Source: an uncultured Pseudomonadota bacterium (GTDB lineage Bacteria > Pseudomonadota > Gammaproteobacteria > Burkholderiales > Casimicrobiaceae). From it: DNA of 64,000 nt. A program made the position numbers and the translations under genes. Positions 22,640 to 32,215 of this stretch are shown in pieces. The stretch is taken from assembly GCA_963706225.1 (NCBI GenBank), contig CAVPMH010000025.1, positions 76,667 through 140,666 on the forward strand, in the 5' to 3' direction. Within the stretch, counting starts at the first letter, position 1, and each line of letters opens with the position of its first letter. The notes under the pieces are model-generated. The model ran no database searches. It had not been told where the DNA came from and saw only the letters and a program-made list of their open reading frames with translations.

Positions 22640-23678
22640 GCACGCTGGGAACATTGGAAGAGCTGCCGCTCGACTACCGCAAAACGCTCGAGGACGAGCA
22701 TCTCGCGCCGCTGTGGCCGATGCTTCGCGACGTCCTGCCGCACGACGCGCCCAGGGCGCTGACCAGGCCATGCCTGTGGGCGTATCAGCGCATCCGCCCG
22801 TTGCTGCTTCGCGCCGGCGAGTTGACGCCGGTCGAGAAGGCAGAGCGACGCGTCCTCGTGCTATGCGATCCGGGCCGCGGTGCTGGCGCCATGCAAGCCA
22901 CGTCCGTCATCTACTGCGGACTCCAGCTCCTGCTTCCCGGCGAGGTTGCGCCGGCGCATCGACACACGCCAAGCGCGGCACGAATCGTCATCGAAGGCGA
23001 AGGCGCGTATACGGTCGTGGAGGGCGAAAAGTGCCCGATGCTGCCCGGCGACCTGATCCTCACGCCCGGCGGCACCTGGCACGATCACGGTCACGAGGGC
23101 GCTGCTCCCGTCGTCTGGCTCGATGCACTCGACTTGCCGCTCTTCGTGTATCTCGAAGGGTCGTATGCGCAGGAGCGCGCGTTCCAGACGCCCGACGATC
23201 GTCCCGACGCTTCGCAAGTCGAATACACCGCGGCGGGACTGCTGCCGGCGCGAACCCCGGGAGAGCGCGCCGCCACGCTATCCGCTGCTGCGCTATCCGT
23301 GGCAGCGGACGCGGCGCGCATTGCAGCAGGCCGGCGCGCAGCCTGCCGGACGGACAACCGGTCGAGCTCGACTACGTCAATCCGGAAACCGGCGGGAGCT
23401 GCCTGCCGACATTGGGATTCACCGCGGTGATGCTGCCGCCCGACAAGCGCTTGCGCGCGCCGAAGCGCTCGTCGAGCGCGGTGTTTCACGTCGTCGAAGG
23501 CGAAGGCCATTCGACGATCAACGGCGAGCGCTTCGCCTGGCATGCCGCCGACACGTTTTCCGCGCCGGTATTTGCCGACATCGAGCACGAGGCGTCGGCA
23601 GAGCCGGCGTTCCTCGTGCGCATTCACGACGCGCCGCTCCAGCAAAAGCTCGGCTTTTACGAAGAGCGCACTTCGTGA
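22636..23678 (+). CDS. Gentisate 1,2-dioxygenase-like bicupin (frameshifts near 23270 and 23335)
   Basis: AERRVLVL, APAHRHTPSA, GDLILTPGGTWHDHG, YVNPETG. Confidence 0.85.
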
Positions 23679-23687
23679 CGGTGCCCT

Positions 23688-24365
23688 TCAGGTGAGCGTC
23701 GCTTCTTCGCCTTTCGCAAACGCGCGCAGCATCGCGCCGAGCTTCACCATTTCCGGCGAGCTCGCGGCATCGCCGAGTTGTCCCGTCCCGGCGATGAACG
23801 TCGCGACTTCGCCGTGACTCATCGTCGCGAGCGCCGAGCCGGTCCAGATGCCGAGCGCCGGCGCATTCTCGCTCACGGGCTCGGCCGAGAGCCACGACGG
23901 TTGTGCACGAACCTCGTCGACAAACGACTTGTGGCCGTGCGCATCGCTGCCGACGACCACGACGGCGTCCGCCGGCAGCGCCGCGAGCGCTTGTTCCGCA
24001 CGCTCGAGCTGCGTCTGATGCACGATGGCGGCAACAGGTGCAACCGTCGCAACGCAGCGCTCGAGCGCTTCAGCGTCGTGCACCGGCGCGCCGACGATGG
24101 GCACCGCTCCGGCCTTGATCACGCCGAGCAGGCTCGCCACGAACGCGGGCGATTCCGGCAGCAGCAGCAGCACGTGCGCGCCCTTGTCGATGCCGAGGCT
24201 CCTGACCATGTTGCCGGTGCGATTCATCAGCGCAGCCACGTCCTGGTACGAATAGGTTTTCTGCGCGAACGCGAACGCGTGGCGATCGCCGCGATTGGAG
24301 GCGATCAGCGCATCGATCAACGTGGCAGCGACGTTGGGCGTCAGTTCGGCGACAGTTGCAGCCAT
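23688..24365 (-). CDS. Truncated AMP-binding (aryl-CoA ligase N-terminal-like) protein, 225 aa
   Basis: TYSYQDV...NRTGNM...LLLLPESPAFVASLLGVIKAGAVP; no TSG(S/T)TG loop and no C-terminal domain; SD GAGAGG. Confidence 0.65.
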   Translation of the reverse strand: MAATVAELTPNVAATLIDALIASNRGDRHAFAFAQKTYSYQDVAALMNRTGNMVRSLGIDKGAHVLLLLPESPAFVASLLGVIKAGAVPIVGAPVHDAEALERCVATVAPVAAIVHQTQLERAEQALAALPADAVVVVGSDAHGHKSFVDEVRAQPSWLSAEPVSENAPALGIWTGSALATMSHGEVATFIAGTGQLGDAASSPEMVKLGAMLRAFAKGEEATLT

Positions 24366-24383
24366 GGGCGATTTCCTCTCGGT

Positions 24384-25196
24384 TCAGCGTGGTGGATGCG
24401 TCCAGAACAAGGCGCGCCGCTCCAGATATTCGATCGCATAGAAGAACGCGATGCCGATGATCGACAGCAGGACGATCACCGCGAACGTCTGCGCGACATC
24501 GAGCTGGAATTCGCTCTGCTTGATCACGTGGCCGAGACCCGCTTCGGCGCCGACGAACTCTCCCACGACGGCGCCGACGACGGCGAGCACGATCGCCGTC
24601 TTGAGCCCGGCGAATATCACCGGCATCGCATCGGGCAGCTTCACCTTGACGAGCGTCATCGTGCGCGAAGCGGCGAGCGATCGCATCAGCTTGAGCTTCG
24701 CCTCCTCGACGCCGGACAGTCCCGACACGACGTTGATCAGCAGCGGAAAGAACGCGATCAGCGCGGCCATGACGATCTTCGATCCCATGCCGAACCCGAA
24801 CCACACGAGCAGGAGCGGCGCGAGCGCAATCTTCGGCGCGGCGTTGAGCGCGATCAGGTACGGCATGGCGACGCGCCGCGCCGTCGGAATTTCGGCGATC
24901 AGCACGCCGAGAACGAAGCCAAGCCCCACGCCGAGCGCGAATCCCGCGAGAATCTCGTAGATCGTCGTCAGCGTATTCGCGCGCATCGGCCCGCCGAACG
25001 CGATTTCGCGCAGTGCCGCCCAGAGCTCGACGCCGATCGCGGAGGGCGCCGGCAACACCAGCCGGGAGACGAGGCCGGCACGGCAGATCGCCTCCCAGAC
25101 CACGAGCACGCCCACGCCGGCCGCGACGGCAATGGCGATTTCCGTCCGGCCCATCGCGGCCGACGGCTCAGGAATCGGCTCGGCGTTCAGGCTCAT
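24384..25196 (-). CDS. NitT/TauT-family ABC permease
   Basis: PKIALAPLLLVWFG, VVGEFVGAEAGLG. Confidence 0.9.
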   Translation of the reverse strand: MSLNAEPIPEPSAAMGRTEIAIAVAAGVGVLVVWEAICRAGLVSRLVLPAPSAIGVELWAALREIAFGGPMRANTLTTIYEILAGFALGVGLGFVLGVLIAEIPTARRVAMPYLIALNAAPKIALAPLLLVWFGFGMGSKIVMAALIAFFPLLINVVSGLSGVEEAKLKLMRSLAASRTMTLVKVKLPDAMPVIFAGLKTAIVLAVVGAVVGEFVGAEAGLGHVIKQSEFQLDVAQTFAVIVLLSIIGIAFFYAIEYLERRALFWTHPPR

Positions 25197-25997
25197 CCAG
25201 CGTTTTCCGAACGGCGGTGACAAAATGAAAGAACGCGTCGGTCGAAAGCGTCGCTTTCGAGCGCGGCCGCGGAAGATCGATCGGAATGACGCGACTGATG
25301 CGGCCGGGCCGCGGGCTCATCACGACGACGCGATCGGAGAGAAACACCGCCTCGCCGATGTTGTGCGTCACGAACAGGACCGTCTTGCGCAGCGCTTCCC
25401 AAATCCGCAGCAGCTCGAGATTCATGAACTCGCGCGACATCTCGTCGAGCGCCGAAAACGGCTCGTCCATCAGCAGCACGGCCGGGTCGTATAGCAGCAT
25501 CCGGCAAATCGCGACCCGTTGCTGCATGCCGCCGGAAAGCTCGAACGGATAACGCTGCGCGAACGCCTCGAGCCCGACGAGCCGCAGCAGCGCATGGGCC
25601 TTCTGCAGGTAATCGTTGCGATCGAGCGCGAAGACTTCGATCGGCAGCAACACGTTGTCGAGTTGGTGCGCCACGGCAGCAGCACCGGTGACTGGAACAT
25701 CATCCCGATGCTGCGGCTCGGCCCTCTCATCTCGCTGCCGTGGACGCTCACGCGCCCGCTCGACTTCGCGACGAGACCGGCGACGATGTTGAGCAGCGTG
25801 CTCTTGCCGCAGCCGCTCGGCCCGACCAGCGAGACGAACTCGCCTTCGCGAACCCCGAGCGATACGTCCTGCAGCGCGACGAGCGTCTCGTGTCCGAGCC
25901 GGTAAGCCTTGGCAAGCTGCTCGACCTGGATCGCGATGCCGTTCTCCCCGGTCGTCCGGGAAGAACCGCTACGCGCGGTGTCGACGGCCACGAGCAT
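25168..25997 (-). CDS. NitT/TauT-family ABC ATP-binding protein (frameshift near 25668)
   Basis: GPSGCGKST, LSGGMQQR, MDEPFSALD, VTHN. Confidence 0.9.
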
Positions 25998-26005
25998 GTC
26001 GGGCG

Positions 26006-27070
26006 CTATTCCGCGGGCACCTTGTAGCTTCTGGCGTCCGCCTTCACTTTCGCGGCGTCGAAGCGATTGATGTCGGGGATCAGATCGTTGGTGAAGGCCT
26101 GCGACACATCGACCTTCTGCTTCAACTGGTCGCTGTCGACGAGAAAGTCGTCGATCGCTTCCCACGCCTTCGGCGATTGATAGCCCCAGCGGCCCTGCGC
26201 CTCCGGATTGAGCTTGTGCAGCTCCAGCGTATAGCGCAGCAATGGCTTCGTGAATTTCGGATTCTTCGCGTTGTCCGGCACGGCCTTCGTGATGCTCGCC
26301 CAGCACGCGTCCTGATTTTCGAAACAGAAGACCGTCGCCTTGGCGATGGCGCGCGCGAGGCCGGTCGCGGTCTTCGGATCCTTGTCGAGACTCGCCTTCG
26401 TCGCGATCAGCGAATCGCTGATGAACGTCGACGTGGGCCCCTCGGTGAACCGGCGCATCTTCGTTCCCTGCAATTCGATCGCCATGATGTCGACGAACGA
26501 CGCCGAATAGGCAGCGATGCGCTTCTGCTGCAACGCGATCGCCGCCGGCCCGCCGCGACCGACCTCGGCGATCTCGACGTCCTTCCCGGGACCCACGGTG
26601 AGCCCGGCGTTCTTCAGCGTGGCCAGAAGATACGGATACTGCCCGCCCGCCACCGTCGAGATGCCGATCTTCTGGCCCTTGAGGTCGGCGATCCGTTTGT
26701 ACGGACTGTCTTCGGGCGTCGCGAACTGGTAGACGTGTCCCTGATACGCCGTATAGAAGGACTTCGTCGCCTCGCCGGCGGCGAGCCCGTTCAGCACCTG
26801 TGCGGGTCCGGAGAACGCATAGTCCGCCTGTCCTGTCGCCATCGCCTTGAACGACGCGGAGGCGCCGTTCAAGCTCAGGATCGTGACCTTCAGCCCTTCG
26901 TCCCTGAAGTAGCCCATCTCTTCGGCGACGGCGAGATAGGGCCACGCAGCGCCGTTCGGAAACGACAGCGCGAGCTTCACGTCCTTCAGCGTCTGCGCGC
27001 CTGCGCCCGATACCGTTGCGGCGAGCATGGCGGCAAGCAATGCGTGGGCGACCTGTCGATAGCTTTTCAT
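26006..27070 (-). CDS. SsuA/THI5(NMT1)-like ABC substrate-binding protein
   Basis: Signal peptide MKSYRQVAHALLAAMLAATVSGAGA; AEEMGYFRDEGL, IADLKGQKIG. Confidence 0.85.
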   Translation of the reverse strand: MKSYRQVAHALLAAMLAATVSGAGAQTLKDVKLALSFPNGAAWPYLAVAEEMGYFRDEGLKVTILSLNGASASFKAMATGQADYAFSGPAQVLNGLAAGEATKSFYTAYQGHVYQFATPEDSPYKRIADLKGQKIGISTVAGGQYPYLLATLKNAGLTVGPGKDVEIAEVGRGGPAAIALQQKRIAAYSASFVDIMAIELQGTKMRRFTEGPTSTFISDSLIATKASLDKDPKTATGLARAIAKATVFCFENQDACWASITKAVPDNAKNPKFTKPLLRYTLELHKLNPEAQGRWGYQSPKAWEAIDDFLVDSDQLKQKVDVSQAFTNDLIPDINRFDAAKVKADARSYKVPAE

Positions 27071-27573
27071 GATGCTCCTCCTGAACGGTCCTGCTTCGGC
27101 TCGCGGATCGGCGCGAGCGGCTGCACGCCGTAGCGCTCGAGCCAGATGCTGCGAACGTCCGCTTCCTTTACACCCTTGTTGAACACGTACGCGGGCGAGC
27201 GCACCGGAAGCGCTACCTGCACGGCGATCTTGACGACGGCATTCACCGGATATTGCCGGCCTTCGCGATCCCACAATTCGTTGGCGACGAGATCGAACGT
27301 CGCGCCTTCGGTCACGATCTCGCACACGCCCTTGAAACGATACCCGCGGCGAAGGAACGGATCGACCATGTTCACCTCGATGTACGGATTCTGTTTCAGG
27401 TTGCGAACGGTCGCGGGCGACATGATGTCGGCAAAGGCGAGGTGGTCCTTGTCGATCACGCGCAGCGAGCCCTTCGGCGAAAGATTGGGCTTGCCGTCGG
27501 GCGTGACGGTCGCGACGTAGCACAGCCGCAATCCGGCGACCATGCGCTCCATGTCTTCGGTGATGATGGCCAT
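27067..27573 (-). CDS. Pyridoxamine 5'-phosphate oxidase-like FMN-binding split-barrel protein
   Basis: VATVTPDGKPNLSPKG, TVRNLKQNP, RRGYRFKG. Confidence 0.85.
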   Translation of the reverse strand: MAIITEDMERMVAGLRLCYVATVTPDGKPNLSPKGSLRVIDKDHLAFADIMSPATVRNLKQNPYIEVNMVDPFLRRGYRFKGVCEIVTEGATFDLVANELWDREGRQYPVNAVVKIAVQVALPVRSPAYVFNKGVKEADVRSIWLERYGVQPLAPIREPKQDRSGGAS

Positions 27574-27588
27574 CGGCTGTCCTGTCGA

Positions 27589-28230
27589 TCAGATGTCGAG
27601 CTTGAAGCTGTCGGCGGTATCGCGGTGCGGGACGAACTTCTTGCTGACCTGCTTGATGTTCTCGATGCCGCGCGGCTCTTCGAACAACAGGCTGCGCTGC
27701 GCCGCGAGCAGCGGAAAATCCTGCACCGTCAGGATGATCGCCTGCTCGTCGCCGTCGTTGACGTGCTGGTGATACACCCACGCCGGGCACAGGAACGTGT
27801 CGCCCTTCTGCCACTCGATTTTCGTCGGCTCGCCATCGTCCTCGTCCTGCATCACGTCGAACCCCTTGCCCTGCAGCACGTGATAGATCGCGAACGAGTT
27901 GTGCCGGTGCGGCTTCAGGCCTTCACCCGGATTGAGGATCGTCATGCCGATGAGCGCGCCCGGGGCGGTGCTCGCCATCTCTTCGGTATCGTTGTTGACG
28001 AGGATGATGAAGCGCCGGTCGGCCCCGGGAATCGGCGAGCTTGCGATCTCCTGCAGCTTGGCGTGGCAGTCGGTCCAGTTCCAGCGCGCGGGCCGGATCT
28101 TCGTGCGAACCGCCTTCGGGTACCACTCGTCGTCGGGCAGCAGGCTCGTGTGCTCGAATTTCTCGCCGGCCTTCCGGACCTTTACCTTCTTGCCCTTCAG
28201 TATCGAGTCGACATCCTTGATGAGTGCCAT
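27589..28230 (-). CDS. Single-cupin protein, gentisate-dioxygenase-like metal site
   Basis: PHRHNS...QGKG...GDTFLCPAWVYHQHVN; SD AAGGAG. Confidence 0.8.
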   Translation of the reverse strand: MALIKDVDSILKGKKVKVRKAGEKFEHTSLLPDDEWYPKAVRTKIRPARWNWTDCHAKLQEIASSPIPGADRRFIILVNNDTEEMASTAPGALIGMTILNPGEGLKPHRHNSFAIYHVLQGKGFDVMQDEDDGEPTKIEWQKGDTFLCPAWVYHQHVNDGDEQAIILTVQDFPLLAAQRSLLFEEPRGIENIKQVSKKFVPHRDTADSFKLDI

Positions 28231-28280
28231 TGCCGCAGTTCTCCTTGCAGGGCCAGCGCGATTTGCCGTTCGGGTTCCGA

Positions 28281-28343
28281 AGTGTAGGCGGGTGATTGGC
28301 ATGCTTCAAGAACCACTTTCGCGCTTTTTATCCTGACCACTTT
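28281..28343 (-). promoter_or_regulatory. Putative sigma70 promoter of the cupin operon plus MocR-type direct repeats
   Basis: Minus strand TTGAAG (28304-28309)-N17-TACACT (28281-28286); ACCACTTT direct repeats at 28312 and 28336. Confidence 0.6.
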
Positions 28344-28384
28344 GGAGGATCATCGGCGGCTCGATCGATGAGCCGACGCTCGAC

Positions 28385-29857
28385 ATGGATCTGACCCTCG
28401 ACATTGCCGGCGGCCGCGGGCTATCGCATCGGCTCTATCGGGAGCTGCGCAAAGCCGTCCTCGATGGGCGGCTGCGCCGCGGCGAAAAGCTGCCGTCCAC
28501 GCGCGAGCTCGCCGTTTCGCTCGCCGTGTCGCGCAACACCGTGAGCGAGGTGTACGAGCGGCTCGGACGCGAAGGCTATCTCGCCGGCCGGCATGGCTCG
28601 GGGACGTTCGTGGCCGAGCAGGGCCGCGAAAGCGAACACGACGCGCGGCGCTTGCCGCTTTCGGCGCCGAAGGTCAGCGAGTGGGCGCGGCGGCTGTCGC
28701 ATTCGCGATCGATCGTGCCGACCCGCGAAATGGTGCACGACTTTCGCCCCGGGCTTCCCGACCTGCGCAGCTTTCCGATCGAAATCTGGCGTCGCTTGGC
28801 CGCGCAGAACCTGCGCGTGCTTTCGAACGATGTCGGCGCCTACGGCGACGCCGCCGGCCAGCCGCGATTGCGCGCGGCGATCGCGCGCTATCTCGCGCAC
28901 TCGCGCGCGGTGCTCTGCGACGCAGGCGACGTCTACGTCTGCAACGGCTCGCAACAGGCGCTCGATCTGATCGGGCGAATCCTCGTCGAGCCGGGCACGC
29001 GGGTCGCGATCGAAAATCCCGGTTACACGCCGGCGGCATCGATCTTCCGTGCGATGGGTGCGGCGATCCTGCCGGTGCCGGTCGACCACGACGGGCTCGT
29101 CGTCGAGCGGCTGCCGAGCGACGCCAAGGTCGTGTACGTGACGCCTTCGCACCAGTTTCCGCTCGGCGTCACGCTGTCGCTCGCGCGGCGCAAGGCGCTG
29201 CTCGACTGGGCGCAGGCGAGCCGCGCCGTCATCATCGAGGACGACTACGACAGCGAATTCCGCTTCGGCGGCCGGCCGATGGAATCGCTGCAGGGACTGG
29301 ATCGATCCGGTGCCGTCGTCTACCTCGGCACGTTCTCGAAGGTGCTCTTTCCGGGGCTGCGGCTTGGCTACGTCGTAGCACCCGGATGGCTGCAGGAATC
29401 GTTCGTCGCCGCGAAATGGATCACCGATCGCCACACGTCGGCGCTGGAGCAATCGATCATGGCCGACTTCATCGCGGGCGGTCATTTCGGCCGGCATCTG
29501 CGCCGAATGCAACGCACGTATCACGAGCGCAGGCAGGCGCTCGTCGACTCGCTCGAGCGCTGGACATCCGGCTATCTGTCGTTGTTGCCGTCGCACGCGG
29601 GATTGCACGTGGCTGCGATGCTACCCGAGCGGTTCGACGCCGAGGAGCTCGTTCAACGCGCATACGAGGCAGGAGTGGGCGTGTATTCGATCGCGCCGTT
29701 TTATCTCGGCGCGCCGAAGCCGGGACTGATCTTCGGCTACGCCGGTTGCACGGTGCCGGAGATCCAGGAGGGCGCGCGCCGGCTGGGCGGCATTCTAGGA
29801 TCGATGGGGGCCCCGCCGCGAGTGACCATCAAGGAAACGGGGGAGTGCCGGCAGTAG
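28385..29857 (+). CDS. MocR/GabR-family regulator (GntR HTH plus PLP aminotransferase-like domain)
   Basis: GEKLPSTRELA...VSRNTV HTH; IIEDDYDSEF; GTFSK PLP lysine. Confidence 0.93.
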   Translation: MDLTLDIAGGRGLSHRLYRELRKAVLDGRLRRGEKLPSTRELAVSLAVSRNTVSEVYERLGREGYLAGRHGSGTFVAEQGRESEHDARRLPLSAPKVSEWARRLSHSRSIVPTREMVHDFRPGLPDLRSFPIEIWRRLAAQNLRVLSNDVGAYGDAAGQPRLRAAIARYLAHSRAVLCDAGDVYVCNGSQQALDLIGRILVEPGTRVAIENPGYTPAASIFRAMGAAILPVPVDHDGLVVERLPSDAKVVYVTPSHQFPLGVTLSLARRKALLDWAQASRAVIIEDDYDSEFRFGGRPMESLQGLDRSGAVVYLGTFSKVLFPGLRLGYVVAPGWLQESFVAAKWITDRHTSALEQSIMADFIAGGHFGRHLRRMQRTYHERRQALVDSLERWTSGYLSLLPSHAGLHVAAMLPERFDAEELVQRAYEAGVGVYSIAPFYLGAPKPGLIFGYAGCTVPEIQEGARRLGGILGSMGAPPRVTIKETGECRQ

Positions 29858-29918
29858 GAATCGAACCCACGACCAACGGTTTACAAAACCGCTGCTCTAC
29901 CAACTGAGCTATGCCGGC
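29846..29918 (-). tRNA. tRNA-Thr(TGT), CCA not encoded
   Basis: GCCGGCATAGCTCAGTTGGTAGAGCAGCGGTTTTGTAAACCGTTGGTCGTGGGTTCGATTCCTACTGCCGGCA folds as a cloverleaf with anticodon TGT. Confidence 0.95.
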
Positions 29919-30005
29919 GTCGCGCACGATTGTAGCGCCGCCCCCGGGGAAGCGATCGTACGACGCAAGAAGAAAGCAGCGTGCGCGACGCGCGCGCGGG
30001 AGCGC

Positions 30006-30425
30006 TTACTTGACGACCTGAAGATGCGAGCGCTTGCGAGATGGTTCGCCGAGCTTCGGCTGCGCGTCGACGTCACGCGCGCCGCTGCTCGATGCGAGTG
30101 CCGCGACGGGATCGTCGGGCGCGGTGAAGGAAAAGCCGTAGCCGGTTTCCTTCGCGAAGATGCCGATCACGGCGCCGATCGGCACGGCCACTTCCTGCGA
30201 CGAGCCGTTGAAGCGCGCGGTGAACTGAATCCACTGATTGTCGATCGTGAGCTTGCGCGTCGCGGTCGTGCTCACGTTCAGCACGATTTCGCCGTTCTTC
30301 ACGAACGCGGCCGGCACGCGCGTCTGCGGGTTCACGCGCACCGCGAGATAGGGTGTCAAGCCGTTGTCGGCGCACCATTCGCAAATGGCGCGCACGAGAT
30401 AGGGTTTGGCGGATTGCTCTGACAT
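30006..30425 (-). CDS. sspB: ClpXP specificity-enhancing factor
   Basis: KPYLVRAICEWCADNGLTPYL, ARFNG, C-terminal HLQVVK. Confidence 0.95.
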   Translation of the reverse strand: MSEQSAKPYLVRAICEWCADNGLTPYLAVRVNPQTRVPAAFVKNGEIVLNVSTTATRKLTIDNQWIQFTARFNGSSQEVAVPIGAVIGIFAKETGYGFSFTAPDDPVAALASSSGARDVDAQPKLGEPSRKRSHLQVVK

Positions 30426-30628
30426 GGAGAAAATCTTACGCTCGGCAATTCGGTGGTCAAGACGCCAGCTTTACGGCCGTCAGCCTGCGATCCTCGGTGT
30501 GGCGCGCGAGGGCATGCGCGGCCCACGTTGTGCGTTACATGGTTGGAAAAGTGTCGACCTTCTTTACGGTTCGCCTCCGAAAGCCGCCAAAACCGCGCCT
30601 GGCCGACAGATGCATGCAATGATGATGC

Positions 30629-31228
30629 CTACTTGCGCATCCCCCGTTCGGCCGAGGTCAGCGCTTCGGAGAACGCCGGGCGCGCGAACAGCCGCTCGGC
30701 GTACTTCATCAGCGGCGCCGCCTGCTTGGGCATCTGGACGCCGTAATAGTCGAGCCGCCAGAGCAGCGGCGTGATCGCCACGTCGAGCATCGAGTAGTCC
30801 TCGCCGAGCATGTGCTTGTGCTTGGCGAAGACCGGCGCGATCTGCATCAGCGCATCGCGCACGAGGCCGCGCGCCTTGTCGGACTGCTTCTGGTTACCAC
30901 TCTCCAGCGCGTCGATGTGCACGAAGAGCTCCTTCTCGAACCGATGCAGGAAGAGCCGCGCCCGGGCGCGCATGACCGGATCGGCCGGCATGAGCTGCGG
31001 ATGCGGGAAGCGCTCGTCGATGTACTCGTTGATGATGTTGGATTCGTGCAGGACGAGGTCGCGCTCGACGAGCACCGGCACCTGGTTGTAGGGGTTCATC
31101 ACCGCGAGATCCTCGGGCTTGTGGTCGAGGTCGACGTCGATGATCTGGAAGTCCATCCCCTTTTCGTGCAGCACGATGCGGCAACGCTGGCTGAACGGAT
31201 CGGTCGTGCCGGAATAAAGGGTCATCAT
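30629..31228 (-). CDS. sspA: Stringent starvation protein A
   Basis: MMTLYSGTTDPFSQRCR, ESNIINEYIDERFPHP. Confidence 0.95.
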   Translation of the reverse strand: MMTLYSGTTDPFSQRCRIVLHEKGMDFQIIDVDLDHKPEDLAVMNPYNQVPVLVERDLVLHESNIINEYIDERFPHPQLMPADPVMRARARLFLHRFEKELFVHIDALESGNQKQSDKARGLVRDALMQIAPVFAKHKHMLGEDYSMLDVAITPLLWRLDYYGVQMPKQAAPLMKYAERLFARPAFSEALTSAERGMRK

Positions 31229-31248
31229 GTCGAATCTCCTGGGATTGC

Positions 31249-31295
31249 AATGGGGTCAGAGCCGGTGACCGCGATGTCACGGCTCTGACCCCATT
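31249..31295. repeat. Family-C hairpin (GGGGTCAGAG-type REP)
   Basis: AATGGGGTCAGAGCCG(G)TGAC...GTCACGGCTCTGACCCCATT, 20-bp stem with one bulge. Confidence 0.8.
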
Positions 31296-31301
31296 CGAAG
31301 G

Positions 31302-32099
31302 CTAGTGCAGGTCTTTCCAGTACTCGCGCTTCAGTGCGTACGCGAAGGTGAACAGCACGCCGAGGAACAGCAGCACGACGATGCCGAGATGGATCCGCTT
31401 GTTGCGGACCGGCTCGGCCATGTAGTCCATGTAATTGACGAGGTCCGTCACGAACGTCTCGTATTCGGTGCGCGTCATCGTCCCCGGGACATCGGGCGAC
31501 ACGCGCAGCATCGCGTACTTGTGGTCCTTGAGCGGTTCCACCATCGACAGACCCTTCACCGCGATCGCGGCGGCCGTCGCCTTTTCGTGATCCTCGTATT
31601 CGGTCGAGACGAGCTTGTTCTCGCCGGAGAGTTGCCACAGCACGTTCGGCATGCCGACGTTGGGGAACACGAGATTGTTCCAGCCGGTGGCGGACTTCTC
31701 GTCGCGATAGAAGCCGAGCAGGTAGTTGTACAGCCAGTCGCGGCCGCGAATCCGCGCCTCGACGGTAAGGTCCGGGGGCGGATTGCCGAACCACGCCTTG
31801 CCGTTCGCCGGCGTCAGCGCGACCGTCATCGTCTCGCCGATCTTGTCGGTCGCGAACATCAGGTTGTCGGTGATCTGTGCCTCGGTGAGCCCGAGGTCTG
31901 TCAGGCGGTTGTAGCGCATGTACTGCGCCGAGTGGCACGTGAGGCAATAATTGACGAAGTTGCGGGCGCCGCGCTGCAGCGACTCGTCGTCGAGCCGGTT
32001 GACCGGCGCGGGCGCCAGGCGAAGCCCCTCCTCCTGCGCGGACGCGATACCCGCGAACATCGCCAGCAGGACAAGCAACAGGCAGGCAACCCGTCTCAT
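31302..32099 (-). CDS. petC: Cytochrome c1
   Basis: LQRGARNFVNYCLTCH, PPDLT, C-terminal TM then KREYWKDLH. Confidence 0.95.
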   Translation of the reverse strand: MRRVACLLLVLLAMFAGIASAQEEGLRLAPAPVNRLDDESLQRGARNFVNYCLTCHSAQYMRYNRLTDLGLTEAQITDNLMFATDKIGETMTVALTPANGKAWFGNPPPDLTVEARIRGRDWLYNYLLGFYRDEKSATGWNNLVFPNVGMPNVLWQLSGENKLVSTEYEDHEKATAAAIAVKGLSMVEPLKDHKYAMLRVSPDVPGTMTRTEYETFVTDLVNYMDYMAEPVRNKRIHLGIVVLLFLGVLFTFAYALKREYWKDLH

Positions 32100-32215
32100 C
32101 GCCTCGGCCTCATTGTTCCACCTTGGTATGCGCGCAACGCGCGTCGGCCTCGCGCGACTCGCCCCGCGCCGCGCCCTTCGGGCCTCGGCTCGCTTCGCTC
32201 GCCCGCGGGGCTCAT
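32096..32215 (-). other. 39-aa bridge mini-ORF (repeat-like insert) between petB and petC
   Basis: MSPAGERSEPRPEGRG...MRPRR; ATGA overlap with both the petB stop and the petC start. Confidence 0.55.

Noticed and set aside
20900-29918. Intact integrative element at tRNA-Thr
   Set aside because: No integrase or transposase, and I found no duplicated tRNA 3' fragment by eye; GC looks host-like.
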